Below the pieces are notes generated by a model, which made no database searches, was not told the origin of the DNA, and saw nothing but the letters and a program-made list of their open reading frames with translations. This document shows positions 9,216 through 18,693 of a stretch of DNA of 64,000 nucleotides, piece after piece. The DNA is from Lachnospiraceae bacterium Phil5 (GTDB lineage: Bacteria; Bacillota; Clostridia; TANB77; CAG-508). The stretch is from assembly GCA_002633185.1 (NCBI GenBank), contig NWBM01000003.1, forward strand, positions 36,107 through 100,106, written 5' to 3'. The position numbers were made by a program, and so were the translations under genes. Each line of letters begins with the position of its first letter. The stretch's first letter is position 1.

Positions 9216-10754
9216 CTATTGTATAATTCTTCTTGCCCCCCAATATTTTTTAATATTCCATGAATCATGCAAGTTTGAAATTATAACACCTGTTGTGCTA
9301 TCTGATGCATGGATGAATTTGTCATTTCCTATATAAAGTCCAACGTGTCCAACTTGTTTCCCATCATTTGAGAACACTAATATATCACCTGGTTGTAATT
9401 CTCCAGTTACTTTAACACCTTGTGTTGCTTGAACTTTAGATGAATGGCTTAAATTGTATCCAAAATGTTTATATACATACATTGTAAATCCTGAACAGTC
9501 AAATGATGATGGACCTGCTGCACCATAAACATATCTACATCCTTTAAATTGTTGTGCATATGCTACAACGTCTGCTCCTGTTACACCTGATGATGATTTT
9601 GCTGGTGCTGCAGCTTGTGTTGATGCTGCTGCAGCTTGTGTTGATGCTGCTGGAGCTTGAGTTGTTGCTGGTGCCGCTGTTTGTTTTGCAGCCTCGGTTC
9701 TGTATGTTGTATTACTTCTTGATGTTTCTTCAGTTTTCTTATCTGAAAGTAAATCTTTTCTTATATATCCAAAATCGTTTCCATTTACTTTAACTTTATA
9801 CCAATCGTTTTCTTCACCAACCACTGTAAATGTATTGTTTAGTGTAGCTCCAGATATAACATCTGATGTTGTATTAGCTTCTTTTCTTACATTTATAGCT
9901 GTTACTGACACATACATTGTTTTTTCTTCATATGCTGGTTGAGCAGGAGCTGTAGCTGGTTCTGCAGCTGGTTGTGGCTCTGGTGCTGGAGTTGAATCTG
10001 CAACTGGAGCAGGTTCAGTAGTAGCTGGCTCTGCGGCTGGTTGCTCTGCTGGTGTTGGTGTTTGCTCTGTAGTTTGAGCAGTCTCAGTTGCTGCTGGCTC
10101 AGTTTCAGCTGGTTTAGCTTCCTCTTGCTTTGTTTCTTCTGTTTTAGTTTCAGCAGGAGTTTCTTCTACTGGAACTTCTTCTGTTACTGTTTGAGTAACT
10201 TCTTCAGAAGATAATTTATCTATTCTAACCCAACCTTTTATTTTATCTGTTTTAATATATCCCCATAATCCTGCGCTATTTAATAATTCCAAACCTTCAC
10301 CTTGATTAACAGTTCCAATTGCTTCAGAATTTAAGATTGGAAGTATATATACTGTTGTATTTTCTGCCACTTTATACACTCTTGTTGTAATAGTTGCAGT
10401 TCTTGTAGTTGTTGCTGGCGTTGTAGCAGGTGTTTCTGGATTTGCTGGTGTCTCTGGCGTAGCTGGTGTTTGATTTGTGTTATCTCCATTTTTTGATATA
10501 AAAGCCTTACTTACATATCCTGTATGACCTTTAGCTGATACCTTATACCAATCTCCTTCTTCACCAAGTATTTCTACTTGATCACCTTCCATTAATACAT
10601 CTAATACATCACTTTCAGTAGAAGCAGATTGTCTTATTCTTACGAATGAACTAGTTGATTTCCCTATAGTTGCAGCAAAAACAGTTATTCCTGTAATCAT
10701 AATTGTAGCAATAACTGCAAGTAAAATTTTAACAGATTTTTTCATTTTTTTCAT
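9216..10754 (-). CDS. Secreted NlpC/P60 cell-wall hydrolase with SH3b-like repeats and Pro/Thr/Ala-rich linkers
   Basis: Signal peptide; three GDWYKV-type SH3b units; C-terminal FDCSGF...GHVGLY NlpC/P60 catalytic motifs; 21-nt tandem repeats at about 9590-9660. Confidence 0.85.
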   Translation of the reverse strand: MKKMKKSVKILLAVIATIMITGITVFAATIGKSTSSFVRIRQSASTESDVLDVLMEGDQVEILGEEGDWYKVSAKGHTGYVSKAFISKNGDNTNQTPATPETPANPETPATTPATTTRTATITTRVYKVAENTTVYILPILNSEAIGTVNQGEGLELLNSAGLWGYIKTDKIKGWVRIDKLSSEEVTQTVTEEVPVEETPAETKTEETKQEEAKPAETEPAATETAQTTEQTPTPAEQPAAEPATTEPAPVADSTPAPEPQPAAEPATAPAQPAYEEKTMYVSVTAINVRKEANTTSDVISGATLNNTFTVVGEENDWYKVKVNGNDFGYIRKDLLSDKKTEETSRSNTTYRTEAAKQTAAPATTQAPAASTQAAAASTQAAAPAKSSSGVTGADVVAYAQQFKGCRYVYGAAGPSSFDCSGFTMYVYKHFGYNLSHSSKVQATQGVKVTGELQPGDILVFSNDGKQVGHVGLYIGNDKFIHASDSTTGVIISNLHDSWNIKKYWGARRIIQ

Positions 10755-10848
10755 AAATTTTAACTCCTTTTTGAGTAATTTAAATCCGGTAATATTATAT
10801 ACTTTTAAGCCAAAAATGTCAAATTTTTCAAGGTAAATTTTGGTGTGG

Positions 10849-11005
10849 TTTTGGGGACACCTCCAAAAAACATCTTAGAAACATCTATTAATACTTCGTT
10901 TGTTTGCTGGCGATTGAGTTTTTTAAAAAATAGATTTTGGAAACGCCAAACTGCGCACGCCACTTCGTATCAATATGTTTTTTGTGGTAGTCCCAAAAAT
11001 CTACT
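10849..11005. repeat. Composite repeat: a palindromic unit plus a degenerate inverted unit, bracketing a ~100 nt structured core shared with 32568-32640
   Basis: TTTTGGGGACACCTCCAAAAAACATC at the left and ATGTTTTTTGTGGTAGTCCCAAAAATCTAC at the right. The core contains CGCCAAACTGCGCAC, identical to the other copy. Confidence 0.8.
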
Positions 11006-11008
11006 CAC

Positions 11009-12208
11009 CTATCTATTTCTTAAACTATAAATTTTTCCATAGTAGAATATAACTATAAACTTCAAGAATTGTGAAACTAATAATGCAAAAATTACACCCT
11101 TCCAATCTGCAACTAAACCTACCATTATTGCAAAAATGCTGTATAAAATGCTTCCTACAAGAGATTTAAATGATCCCATACTGCTTCTGTATTCATCTTT
11201 GTATAAGCTTTGTGATATTTCACTTTTGGCAACTTGTGTTGGAAAAATTGAATTTGTTACCATTATAAATGGTGAAAAAACGTTGTTAACCAACACACTT
11301 GCCCAGTTTGACACAATGCTGAAAAAGTTTGAAAACATCACAACTCTCTCACTTTTCCATTTCTTCAAAACTTTTCCGCTGAACCAACTTCCCAAAAACG
11401 CACCAATATTTGATAAAATTCCTGGAATTCCCACGGCCCATATTGGCCATACCATTTTGTAAAATTCACTTCTGAATTGGAATGTTGCTTCACCTATTCC
11501 ATCTGAAATTCCATCAGCAATTATCTGTTTTCTTAATATCTTGTTTCCTTTTACTAGTCCAACAACTTTCTTAGCTTGTTTGAATACATTTTCATCTTCA
11601 GTTGAGTATTTTTTTACACTTCTTAATCTTAATGATAATATTACCTCAAAAATTCTTGGAATTACTGATAATATCATTAATACTTTCATTGATGAAGTAA
11701 ATGCTACCACACCACCTAATATTGTGCTTAAAATTCCAGCCATGTAATACATTGAATCTGTTTTTCCAATGTAATATTTGAATTCTGATTCTTTTCCTGT
11801 TTCTTTTAATGTGTCATAAATGAATGCTTCATTGTTTCCACTGAAAAACGCTCTTTCTAGCCCTTCAAAAATTGCAACAATTACTAACCCTAAATATGAA
11901 TTTGTTATTGCCAAAATAACTGCATAAATTAAAGAACATACACATCCAATTATTACAGTGTTCTTTCTTCCAATTTTGTCTGCAATTAATCCTGTTGGAA
12001 ATTCAAAAACTGCAGCTGCTATCATTGTTATGCTAAAAATGCTCATTCCTAGTGTCATAGAGCCAGATATCTGAGAATAGTAAATTATTGCAAATGCTCC
12101 ATATAATTTGAAATCCATTAACAGATTTAATAAGCCCATTATTACTAAATTTGATTTCATTTTCTTTTCTTCTTTTGTTAGCTTCAATCGTATTTTCTCT
12201 TTCTTCAT
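11009..12208 (-). CDS. MFS transporter
   Basis: About 12 predicted TM helices; GLIADKIGRK loop motif; start set at the ATG behind a GAGGAG RBS. Confidence 0.75.
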   Translation of the reverse strand: MKKEKIRLKLTKEEKKMKSNLVIMGLLNLLMDFKLYGAFAIIYYSQISGSMTLGMSIFSITMIAAAVFEFPTGLIADKIGRKNTVIIGCVCSLIYAVILAITNSYLGLVIVAIFEGLERAFFSGNNEAFIYDTLKETGKESEFKYYIGKTDSMYYMAGILSTILGGVVAFTSSMKVLMILSVIPRIFEVILSLRLRSVKKYSTEDENVFKQAKKVVGLVKGNKILRKQIIADGISDGIGEATFQFRSEFYKMVWPIWAVGIPGILSNIGAFLGSWFSGKVLKKWKSERVVMFSNFFSIVSNWASVLVNNVFSPFIMVTNSIFPTQVAKSEISQSLYKDEYRSSMGSFKSLVGSILYSIFAIMVGLVADWKGVIFALLVSQFLKFIVIFYYGKIYSLRNR

Positions 12209-12524
12209 TATAGTTCTCCTCACTCTAAATTTATTTCTCATACTTTTAGTGATTTTAAACTAAATGAATTTTATAGCAAAAAAACAGGCTACACAAACTA
12301 AGTAACCTGCAAAAATAAAACAGCTTACTTGCTATACTTTAAAGTACAACAAATAAGCCTTATAAATCTATTATAAAACTCTATATGAATTTGTTATACT
12401 TTGTTATTTAGTTTAAAATCACTTCTAATTTCCTTTTATTCATAATAACCACTCCTTTAATTTAGAATAATTACATTTTTATTTTAGCAAGATTTTACTG
12501 ATTTGTCAAATGTTGAATTAACAC

Positions 12525-12557
12525 AAAAAACTTCCAAGATAATTCTTGGAAGTTTTT
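12525..12557 (-). terminator. Terminator downstream of tuf
   Basis: CTTCCAAGA-TAAT-TCTTGGAAG flanked by A and T runs. Confidence 0.8.
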
Positions 12558-12577
12558 ATTGTATTTACAAGTATTTA

Positions 12578-13780
12578 TTACTCAATAATATCAGCAACAA
12601 CACCTGAACCTACTGTTCTACCACCTTCACGGATAGCGAATCTTAATCCTTTTTCAATAGCTATTGGTGTGATTAATTCGATAGTCATATCGATGTTATC
12701 TCCTGGCATAACCATTTCTGTTCCAGCAGGTAATTCAATAACACCTGTAACGTCTGTTGTTCTAAAGTAGAATTGTGGTCTGTATCCATTGAAGAATGGT
12801 GTATGACGTCCACCTTCTTCTTTAGTTAGAACGTATACTTGTGATGTGAATTTAGTGTGTGGGTGAATTGTTCCTGGTTTAGCTAAAACTTGTCCTCTTT
12901 CGATTTCATCTCTTTGGATTCCTCTTAAAAGAACACCGATGTTATCTCCAGCTTCAGCTTGGTCTAATAATTTTCTGAACATTTCAACACCTGTAACAAC
13001 TGTTTTTGCTAATTCTTTTGTTAAACCAACGATTTCAACTTCGTCTTGTAGTTTAACAACACCTCTCTCTACTCTACCTGTAGCAACTGTTCCACGTCCT
13101 GTAATTGTGAATACGTCTTCTACTGGCATTAAGAATGGTAAGTCTGTTGGTCTTTCTGGTGTTGGGATATAGCTATCAACAGCAGCCATTAACTCTAATA
13201 TTGGAGCATATTCTGGAGCATTGATATCTTTTGATGTGCTCTCTAATACTGCTAATGAAGATCCTTTGATTACTGGGATTTCATCTCCTGGGAAATCATA
13301 GCTTGATAATAAGTCTCTAACTTCCATTTCAACTAATTCTAATAATTCTGGATCATCAACCATATCACATTTGTTTAAGTAAACAACGATGTATTTAACA
13401 CCAACTTGTCTAGCTAATAGTATGTGCTCTCTTGTTTGAGGCATTGGTCCATCAGCTGCAGAAACAACTAATATAGCACCATCCATTTGTGCAGCACCTG
13501 TGATCATGTTTTTAACATAGTCAGCGTGTCCTGGGCAGTCAACGTGTGCATAGTGTCTGTTGTCTGTTTCATATTCAACGTGAGCTGTGTTGATTGTAAT
13601 TCCTCTTTCTCTTTCTTCTGGTGCTTTATCAATTTCAGCATAATCTTCGAATTTAGCTTGTCCTTTTAATGCTAAAACTTTTGTAATAGCAGCAGTTGTT
13701 GTTGTTTTACCATGGTCAACGTGTCCGATTGTACCAATGTTAACGTGTGGTTTCGTTCTTTCAAATTTTTCCTTTGCCAT
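12578..13780 (-). CDS. tuf: Elongation factor Tu
   Basis: [18 protein letters not shown] motifs; full-length EF-Tu. Confidence 0.99.
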   Translation of the reverse strand: MAKEKFERTKPHVNIGTIGHVDHGKTTTTAAITKVLALKGQAKFEDYAEIDKAPEERERGITINTAHVEYETDNRHYAHVDCPGHADYVKNMITGAAQMDGAILVVSAADGPMPQTREHILLARQVGVKYIVVYLNKCDMVDDPELLELVEMEVRDLLSSYDFPGDEIPVIKGSSLAVLESTSKDINAPEYAPILELMAAVDSYIPTPERPTDLPFLMPVEDVFTITGRGTVATGRVERGVVKLQDEVEIVGLTKELAKTVVTGVEMFRKLLDQAEAGDNIGVLLRGIQRDEIERGQVLAKPGTIHPHTKFTSQVYVLTKEEGGRHTPFFNGYRPQFYFRTTDVTGVIELPAGTEMVMPGDNIDMTIELITPIAIEKGLRFAIREGGRTVGSGVVADIIE

Positions 13781-13954
13781 TTAAATTTTCCTCCTTTAAA
13801 TTACGGTGAGGGCTTTGCCCTAAATCAAGTTTGCAAAATTTCTTGAACACCTATTATATTAATAAAAATTAATAACTAAATACTAAACACTTGCATTTTA
13901 TAACATTTTGATAATATTTGCAAGTACTTTTTATTTTTTATTTGAAGATTGATA

Positions 13955-16039
13955 TTAATCTTCTTTCTTTGCACGACTTGCAACAATGTTATCAAGTACT
14001 GATTTTGGAACTTCCTCATAGTGACTTGGTTCCATTGAGTAAGTACCTCTACCTTGTGTTTTTGAACGTAAGTCTGTTGCATAACCAAACATTTCTGAAA
14101 GTGGAATAAATCCTCTAACTATTTGGTTACCACCTCTAGCTTCCATTCCTTCCATTCTTCCTCTTCTAGAGTTAATGTCTCCAATAACATCTCCCATGTA
14201 TTCTTCTGGAACTGTTACTTCAACTTTCATTATAGGCTCTAATAATACTGATTTACCTTGTTTACATCCTTCTTTGAATGCCATAGAACCAGCAATTTTG
14301 AATGCCATTTCTGAAGAGTCAACTTCGTGGTAAGAACCGTCAACTAAAGTAGCTTTGAAGTCGATAACAGGGTATCCTGCTAATATACCAGTATTTGCTG
14401 CTTCTCTAACTCCATCTTCAATTGGTTTGATGTATTCTTTTGGAACAACACCACCAACGATTTTGCTTTCAAATTCAATTCCTTTACCTGGCTCTAATGG
14501 TTCCATTTCTAACCATACGTGACCATATTGTCCACGTCCACCAGATTGACGAATGAATTTTCCTTCAACTTTAACTTTGTTTCTAATTGTTTCTTTGTAA
14601 GAAACTTGTGGTTTACCTACAGTACATTCAACTTTGAATTCTCTTTTTAATCTATCAACGATAATGTCTAAGTGTAACTCACCCATACCAGCGATAACTG
14701 TTTGACCAGTTTCTTGGTTTGTATATGTTTTGAATGTTGGATCTTCTTCAGCTAATTTTCCTAAAGCTATACCTAATTTTTCACTATTTGCTTTATCTTT
14801 TGGCTCAATAGCGATATCGATAACTGGCTCTGGGAATTCCATAGATTCTAGAATAACTGGATGTGCTGGATCACATAATGTATCACCTGTTGAAACATCT
14901 TTTAGTCCAACAGCTGCACCGATGTCACCTGCATAAACTTTTTCTATATCTTCTCTATGGTTAGCATGCATTTGAAGAATTCTTCCTATTCTGTCTTTTT
15001 TGTCTTTGTTAGCATTTAATATTGTAGATCCAGCGTCTAATGTTCCAGAGTAAACTCTGAAGAAACATAATTTTCCAACGAATGGGTCTGTTGCAATTTT
15101 GAATGCTAATGCAGCAAATGGTTCAGAATCTGAAGTAACTCTTTCTGTTTCGTTTCCATCCATATCAACACCTTTGATATTTGGAATATCTAATGGTGAT
15201 GGCATGTAATCAACTATGTTATTTAGAAGTTCTTGAACACCTTTGTTTTTATAAGATGAACCACAACATACTGGAACTATTGTGTTAGCTATTGTTCCAA
15301 TTCTGATTCCTTTCTTAATTTCTTCTTCAGTTAGTTCTCCACCATCTAAATATTTCATCATTAATTCATCATCTTGTTCAGCAGCAGCTTCAATCATTTT
15401 TGCTCTGTATTCTTCAGCCATTGCTTTCATATCTTCAGGAATTTCTTGTTCTTCAATTACTTTTCCTAAATCATCTTTATGAATAAATGCTTTCATTTTT
15501 ATTAAATCTACAATTCCTTGGAAATTGTCTTCAGCTCCAACTGGTAATTGTACTGGAATAGCATTTGCATTTAATCTATCTTTCATTTGCTCAACACAAG
15601 CCATGAAATCTGCTCCTGTTATATCCATTTTGTTTACATATGCCATTCTTGGAACTTTGTATTTATCACCTTGTCTCCAAACTGTTTCAGATTGTGGTTG
15701 TACACCACCTTTTGCAGCTAAAACAAGTATAGCACCATCTAGTACTCTTAAAGATCTTTCAACTTCTACTGTGAAGTCAACGTGACCTGGAGTATCGATG
15801 ATATTGATTCTGTTATTATTCCAGAAACATGTTGTTGCAGCTGAAGTAATTGTAATACCTCTTTCTTGTTCTTGAACCATCCAGTCCATTGTGGCTGCAC
15901 CTTCATGAACCTCTCCTATTTTATGTGTTCTACCTGTGTAGAATAGGATTCTTTCTGTAGTTGTTGTTTTACCAGCATCAATATGTGCCATTATTCCTAT
16001 ATTTCTTGTTCTTTCTAAAGGATAACTTCTTCCAGCCAT
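13955..16039 (-). CDS. fusA: Elongation factor G
   Basis: [21 protein letters not shown] motifs; 694 aa. Confidence 0.99.
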   Translation of the reverse strand: MAGRSYPLERTRNIGIMAHIDAGKTTTTERILFYTGRTHKIGEVHEGAATMDWMVQEQERGITITSAATTCFWNNNRINIIDTPGHVDFTVEVERSLRVLDGAILVLAAKGGVQPQSETVWRQGDKYKVPRMAYVNKMDITGADFMACVEQMKDRLNANAIPVQLPVGAEDNFQGIVDLIKMKAFIHKDDLGKVIEEQEIPEDMKAMAEEYRAKMIEAAAEQDDELMMKYLDGGELTEEEIKKGIRIGTIANTIVPVCCGSSYKNKGVQELLNNIVDYMPSPLDIPNIKGVDMDGNETERVTSDSEPFAALAFKIATDPFVGKLCFFRVYSGTLDAGSTILNANKDKKDRIGRILQMHANHREDIEKVYAGDIGAAVGLKDVSTGDTLCDPAHPVILESMEFPEPVIDIAIEPKDKANSEKLGIALGKLAEEDPTFKTYTNQETGQTVIAGMGELHLDIIVDRLKREFKVECTVGKPQVSYKETIRNKVKVEGKFIRQSGGRGQYGHVWLEMEPLEPGKGIEFESKIVGGVVPKEYIKPIEDGVREAANTGILAGYPVIDFKATLVDGSYHEVDSSEMAFKIAGSMAFKEGCKQGKSVLLEPIMKVEVTVPEEYMGDVIGDINSRRGRMEGMEARGGNQIVRGFIPLSEMFGYATDLRSKTQGRGTYSMEPSHYEEVPKSVLDNIVASRAKKED

Positions 16040-16072
16040 TTTTTTCCTCCTTCTTTTGATTTTATTTTATAA

Positions 16073-16543
16073 TTAAAATTTGTAGTGAGCAAAAGCTTTA
16101 TTAGCTTCAGCCATTCTGTGCATATCTTCTTTTTTCTTGAATGCTCCACCGTTTCCAGCTACAGCATCTAAGATTTCACCAGCTAATTTTTCTGGCATTG
16201 TTTTTTCATGTCTTGTTCTAGCATATATAACTAACCATCTTAAACCTAATGTTTGTCTTCTTTCTGGTCTAATTTCGATTGGCACTTGGTATGTAGCACC
16301 ACCAATTCTTCTAGCTTTAACTTCTAGAACTGGCATTACATTGTTAAGTGCAGCTTCGAAAACTTCTAATGGATCTTTTTGCTCTTTTTCTTTTATGATA
16401 TCGAATGCATCATAAACTATTTTTTGAGCAACTGTTTTCTTACCATCTAGCATTACATTGTTTATTAATTTTGTAACAACTTTGCTATTGTAAATTGGAT
16501 CTGCTAAAACATCTCTTTTTGCTATAAATCCTCTTCTTGGCAC
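16073..16543 (-). CDS. rpsG: 30S ribosomal protein S7
   Basis: Full-length S7 sequence. Confidence 0.98.
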   Translation of the reverse strand: MPRRGFIAKRDVLADPIYNSKVVTKLINNVMLDGKKTVAQKIVYDAFDIIKEKEQKDPLEVFEAALNNVMPVLEVKARRIGGATYQVPIEIRPERRQTLGLRWLVIYARTRHEKTMPEKLAGEILDAVAGNGGAFKKKEDMHRMAEANKAFAHYKF

Positions 16544-16727
16544 TATTCTTCCCTCCTTTTAAAATTTTGATACTTATACCTCAAGTATCATAAGGTACTC
16601 TGGAAAGTTTATATTTCGTTTAAATTCCGATTTGCTTTCCCGTATAGCGCTATAATCTATTATTAATTTAAGTACCTTAAATTAGTAAGTTATTAGCACT
16701 ATTTACTAAATTATTTTTAGCTGAAGC

Positions 16728-17141
16728 CTATTTCTTAGGTTTCTTTGCTCCATATTTAGATCTAGCTTGCATTCTATCTTTAACACCAGCTGTATCTAAT
16801 GTTCCTCTTATGATGTGGTATCTAACACCAGGTAAGTCTTTTACCCTTCCACCTCTTATAAGAACAACACTGTGCTCTTGTAGGTTGTGCCCAATACCAG
16901 GAATGTAAGAAGTAACTTCATAACCATTTGAAAGTCTAACCCTTGCTACTTTTCTTAAAGCTGAGTTTGGTTTCTTTGGTGTAACTGTTTTAACAACTGT
17001 ACATACACCTCTTTTTTGTGGTGACTTTTTATTAGTCATTCTTTTCTTCATAGAATTGTATCCATGTTGTAAAGCTGGTGCTGTAGATTTTGTTGTTCCA
17101 GTTTTTCTTCCTTTTCTTACTAATTGATTAATTGTTGGCAC
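16728..17141 (-). CDS. rpsL: 30S ribosomal protein S12
   Basis: [12 protein letters not shown]...[10 protein letters not shown] signature, with the insertion typical of Clostridia-type S12. Confidence 0.98.
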   Translation of the reverse strand: MPTINQLVRKGRKTGTTKSTAPALQHGYNSMKKRMTNKKSPQKRGVCTVVKTVTPKKPNSALRKVARVRLSNGYEVTSYIPGIGHNLQEHSVVLIRGGRVKDLPGVRYHIIRGTLDTAGVKDRMQARSKYGAKKPKK

Positions 17142-17180
17142 TTAAATTTCACCTCCTATTTTTGTGTTTTTGAATTAATA

Positions 17181-17228
17181 AAAACCGTTAGGGAATTACC
17201 AGTTTTGGTAATTTTGTCTAACGGTTTA
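17181..17228 (-). terminator. Terminator between the 442-aa coiled-coil gene and rpsL
   Basis: AACCGTTAG...CTAACGGTT long stem with a T-run on the minus strand. Confidence 0.7.
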
Positions 17229-17299
17229 TATTTTATCATTTTTTTATATTAAAGTCAATGGTTTTATGCTATTTTTCTAAGTATTTTTTTGCTTTTATT

Positions 17300-18628
17300 T
17301 TATCTTTCATTATCATTTTCTTTGACATTATTTTTTTCTTTTCTTTTTTGTATTTCAAGCTTATAATTATCGTCTACTCTAATTCTTAATCCTTCTAAGA
17401 AAACATCTTTTTCTGTTTCAGATTCTGCTTTTTCATCTTTTAATGATTCTGTTATTTCATCTAACGCTTCTTCTTTTGCTTCTACTGGTTCTTCTACAGA
17501 TTCTTTTACTATTTCATTTTTAGCCTCTTCAATGTTTTCTTTTCCATCTTCCGTAGGATTATCTATTATTGCAACATTATTTCTCTCAACTGTATTTTCA
17601 TTTTCATCATTAACTGGAGCAAAGAAATCTTTAATTTTAGCTGCCACTCTTTTTACACCTTCCCAAAATCTTTTTAATCTTGATTCTTTAGGAATTTCTG
17701 TTAATGCTGTTTCTTCTTCCTCAATTTCATCATCATCATTGAATATTTTTTCTATTTTGGTATTTTCTTCAACTGGAACTTCTTCTGCTGGTGTAGAAAC
17801 TTTTTCTTCCGCTAATGTTGCTTCTGCTGGTGATGCAGCTTCTTTTTCATTTTCTTCTTCCTTTTCTGTTTTTGTTGCTTCTTTTTCTGCTTTTGATTTA
17901 ATAAATCTTTTCTTATCTGAAATAGCTCTTCTTTGAATTTCATCCCAGTCTTTGCCAACAAATAATGTTTTCCATGCCAAATCACATTTGGCTATGTATT
18001 GTTCTAATTTTTGAATTTCAGCTTCTTTATTAACATTGTTTCTTTTTATTGATTCAATTTTTTCTTCTAATTTTGGTATATTAGATTTAATTTCATCTCT
18101 ACGAGAACATAGTGATTTATATTCGTCCATACCCATATCATCTGTTATTTCAAGCTGTTTTAATATACCAGATAATTCTTTACTTTGCTCTTTCTTTGTT
18201 TTTCTTAACTCAGTTATTTCTTTTTTACCTGCTCGAATTTCTGATTTAAGGCTTTTAATTCTTGATTCTCTAGCTTTTTTATATTCAATAATTTTTTCTA
18301 TCTGAGTTGAATTTTTTGAATACGCTTCTACATTTTGTCTTCTCTTTTCAAGTGAATCAATCTTTCCTTCTATTTCTAATTTTTTATTTTCCAATTCTTT
18401 TAAACGATTTTGCATTTCTTCTGGGCTTTTGTTATACAATTCACTCATACCTTCTTGGTTTCTGTTCTCTAATATCCAAGAAATACGCTTATGCTCTTCG
18501 TCAATTTTTAATTTTTGCTCCATTAAATTATCAAACTCGTTTTGTATAGAATCCTCTGTGATTTTTCCGGTTTTTATATCTTTATATATTCCTTCCAAAA
18601 CGTTTTTTCTTCCTTTATTTTTTACCAT
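17300..18628 (-). CDS. Lineage-specific Lys/Glu-rich coiled-coil protein, function unknown
   Basis: Long ORF with an AAGGAGG RBS; heptad-like charged repeats; acidic low-complexity C-terminal half. Confidence 0.6.
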   Translation of the reverse strand: MVKNKGRKNVLEGIYKDIKTGKITEDSIQNEFDNLMEQKLKIDEEHKRISWILENRNQEGMSELYNKSPEEMQNRLKELENKKLEIEGKIDSLEKRRQNVEAYSKNSTQIEKIIEYKKARESRIKSLKSEIRAGKKEITELRKTKKEQSKELSGILKQLEITDDMGMDEYKSLCSRRDEIKSNIPKLEEKIESIKRNNVNKEAEIQKLEQYIAKCDLAWKTLFVGKDWDEIQRRAISDKKRFIKSKAEKEATKTEKEEENEKEAASPAEATLAEEKVSTPAEEVPVEENTKIEKIFNDDDEIEEEETALTEIPKESRLKRFWEGVKRVAAKIKDFFAPVNDENENTVERNNVAIIDNPTEDGKENIEEAKNEIVKESVEEPVEAKEEALDEITESLKDEKAESETEKDVFLEGLRIRVDDNYKLEIQKRKEKNNVKENDNER

Positions 18629-18693
18629 AGTTCTTCCTCCTTTAAACTATATGTAATATTATAACACATACATTATGTAAAATCAAGTCTAAT

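Noticed and set aside
9590-9660. 21-nt tandem DNA repeats in the NlpC/P60 gene as a possible phase-variation or minisatellite locus
   Set aside because: There are only about three imperfect in-frame copies. They encode an AASTQAA-type low-complexity linker, which is typical of cell-wall hydrolase linkers, and there is no evidence of a switch.
10845-11030. ORFs crossing repeat elements (10845..11030 +, 32532..32729 -, 52136..52483 +, 62130..62345 +, 5408..5617 +), which share peptide strings such as FWDTSKK/FGGVPK/GTPPKN
   Set aside because: The similarity is explained by translating the same DNA repeat. The ORFs lack RBSs, overlap intergenic structure or real genes on the other strand, and have no protein-like features.
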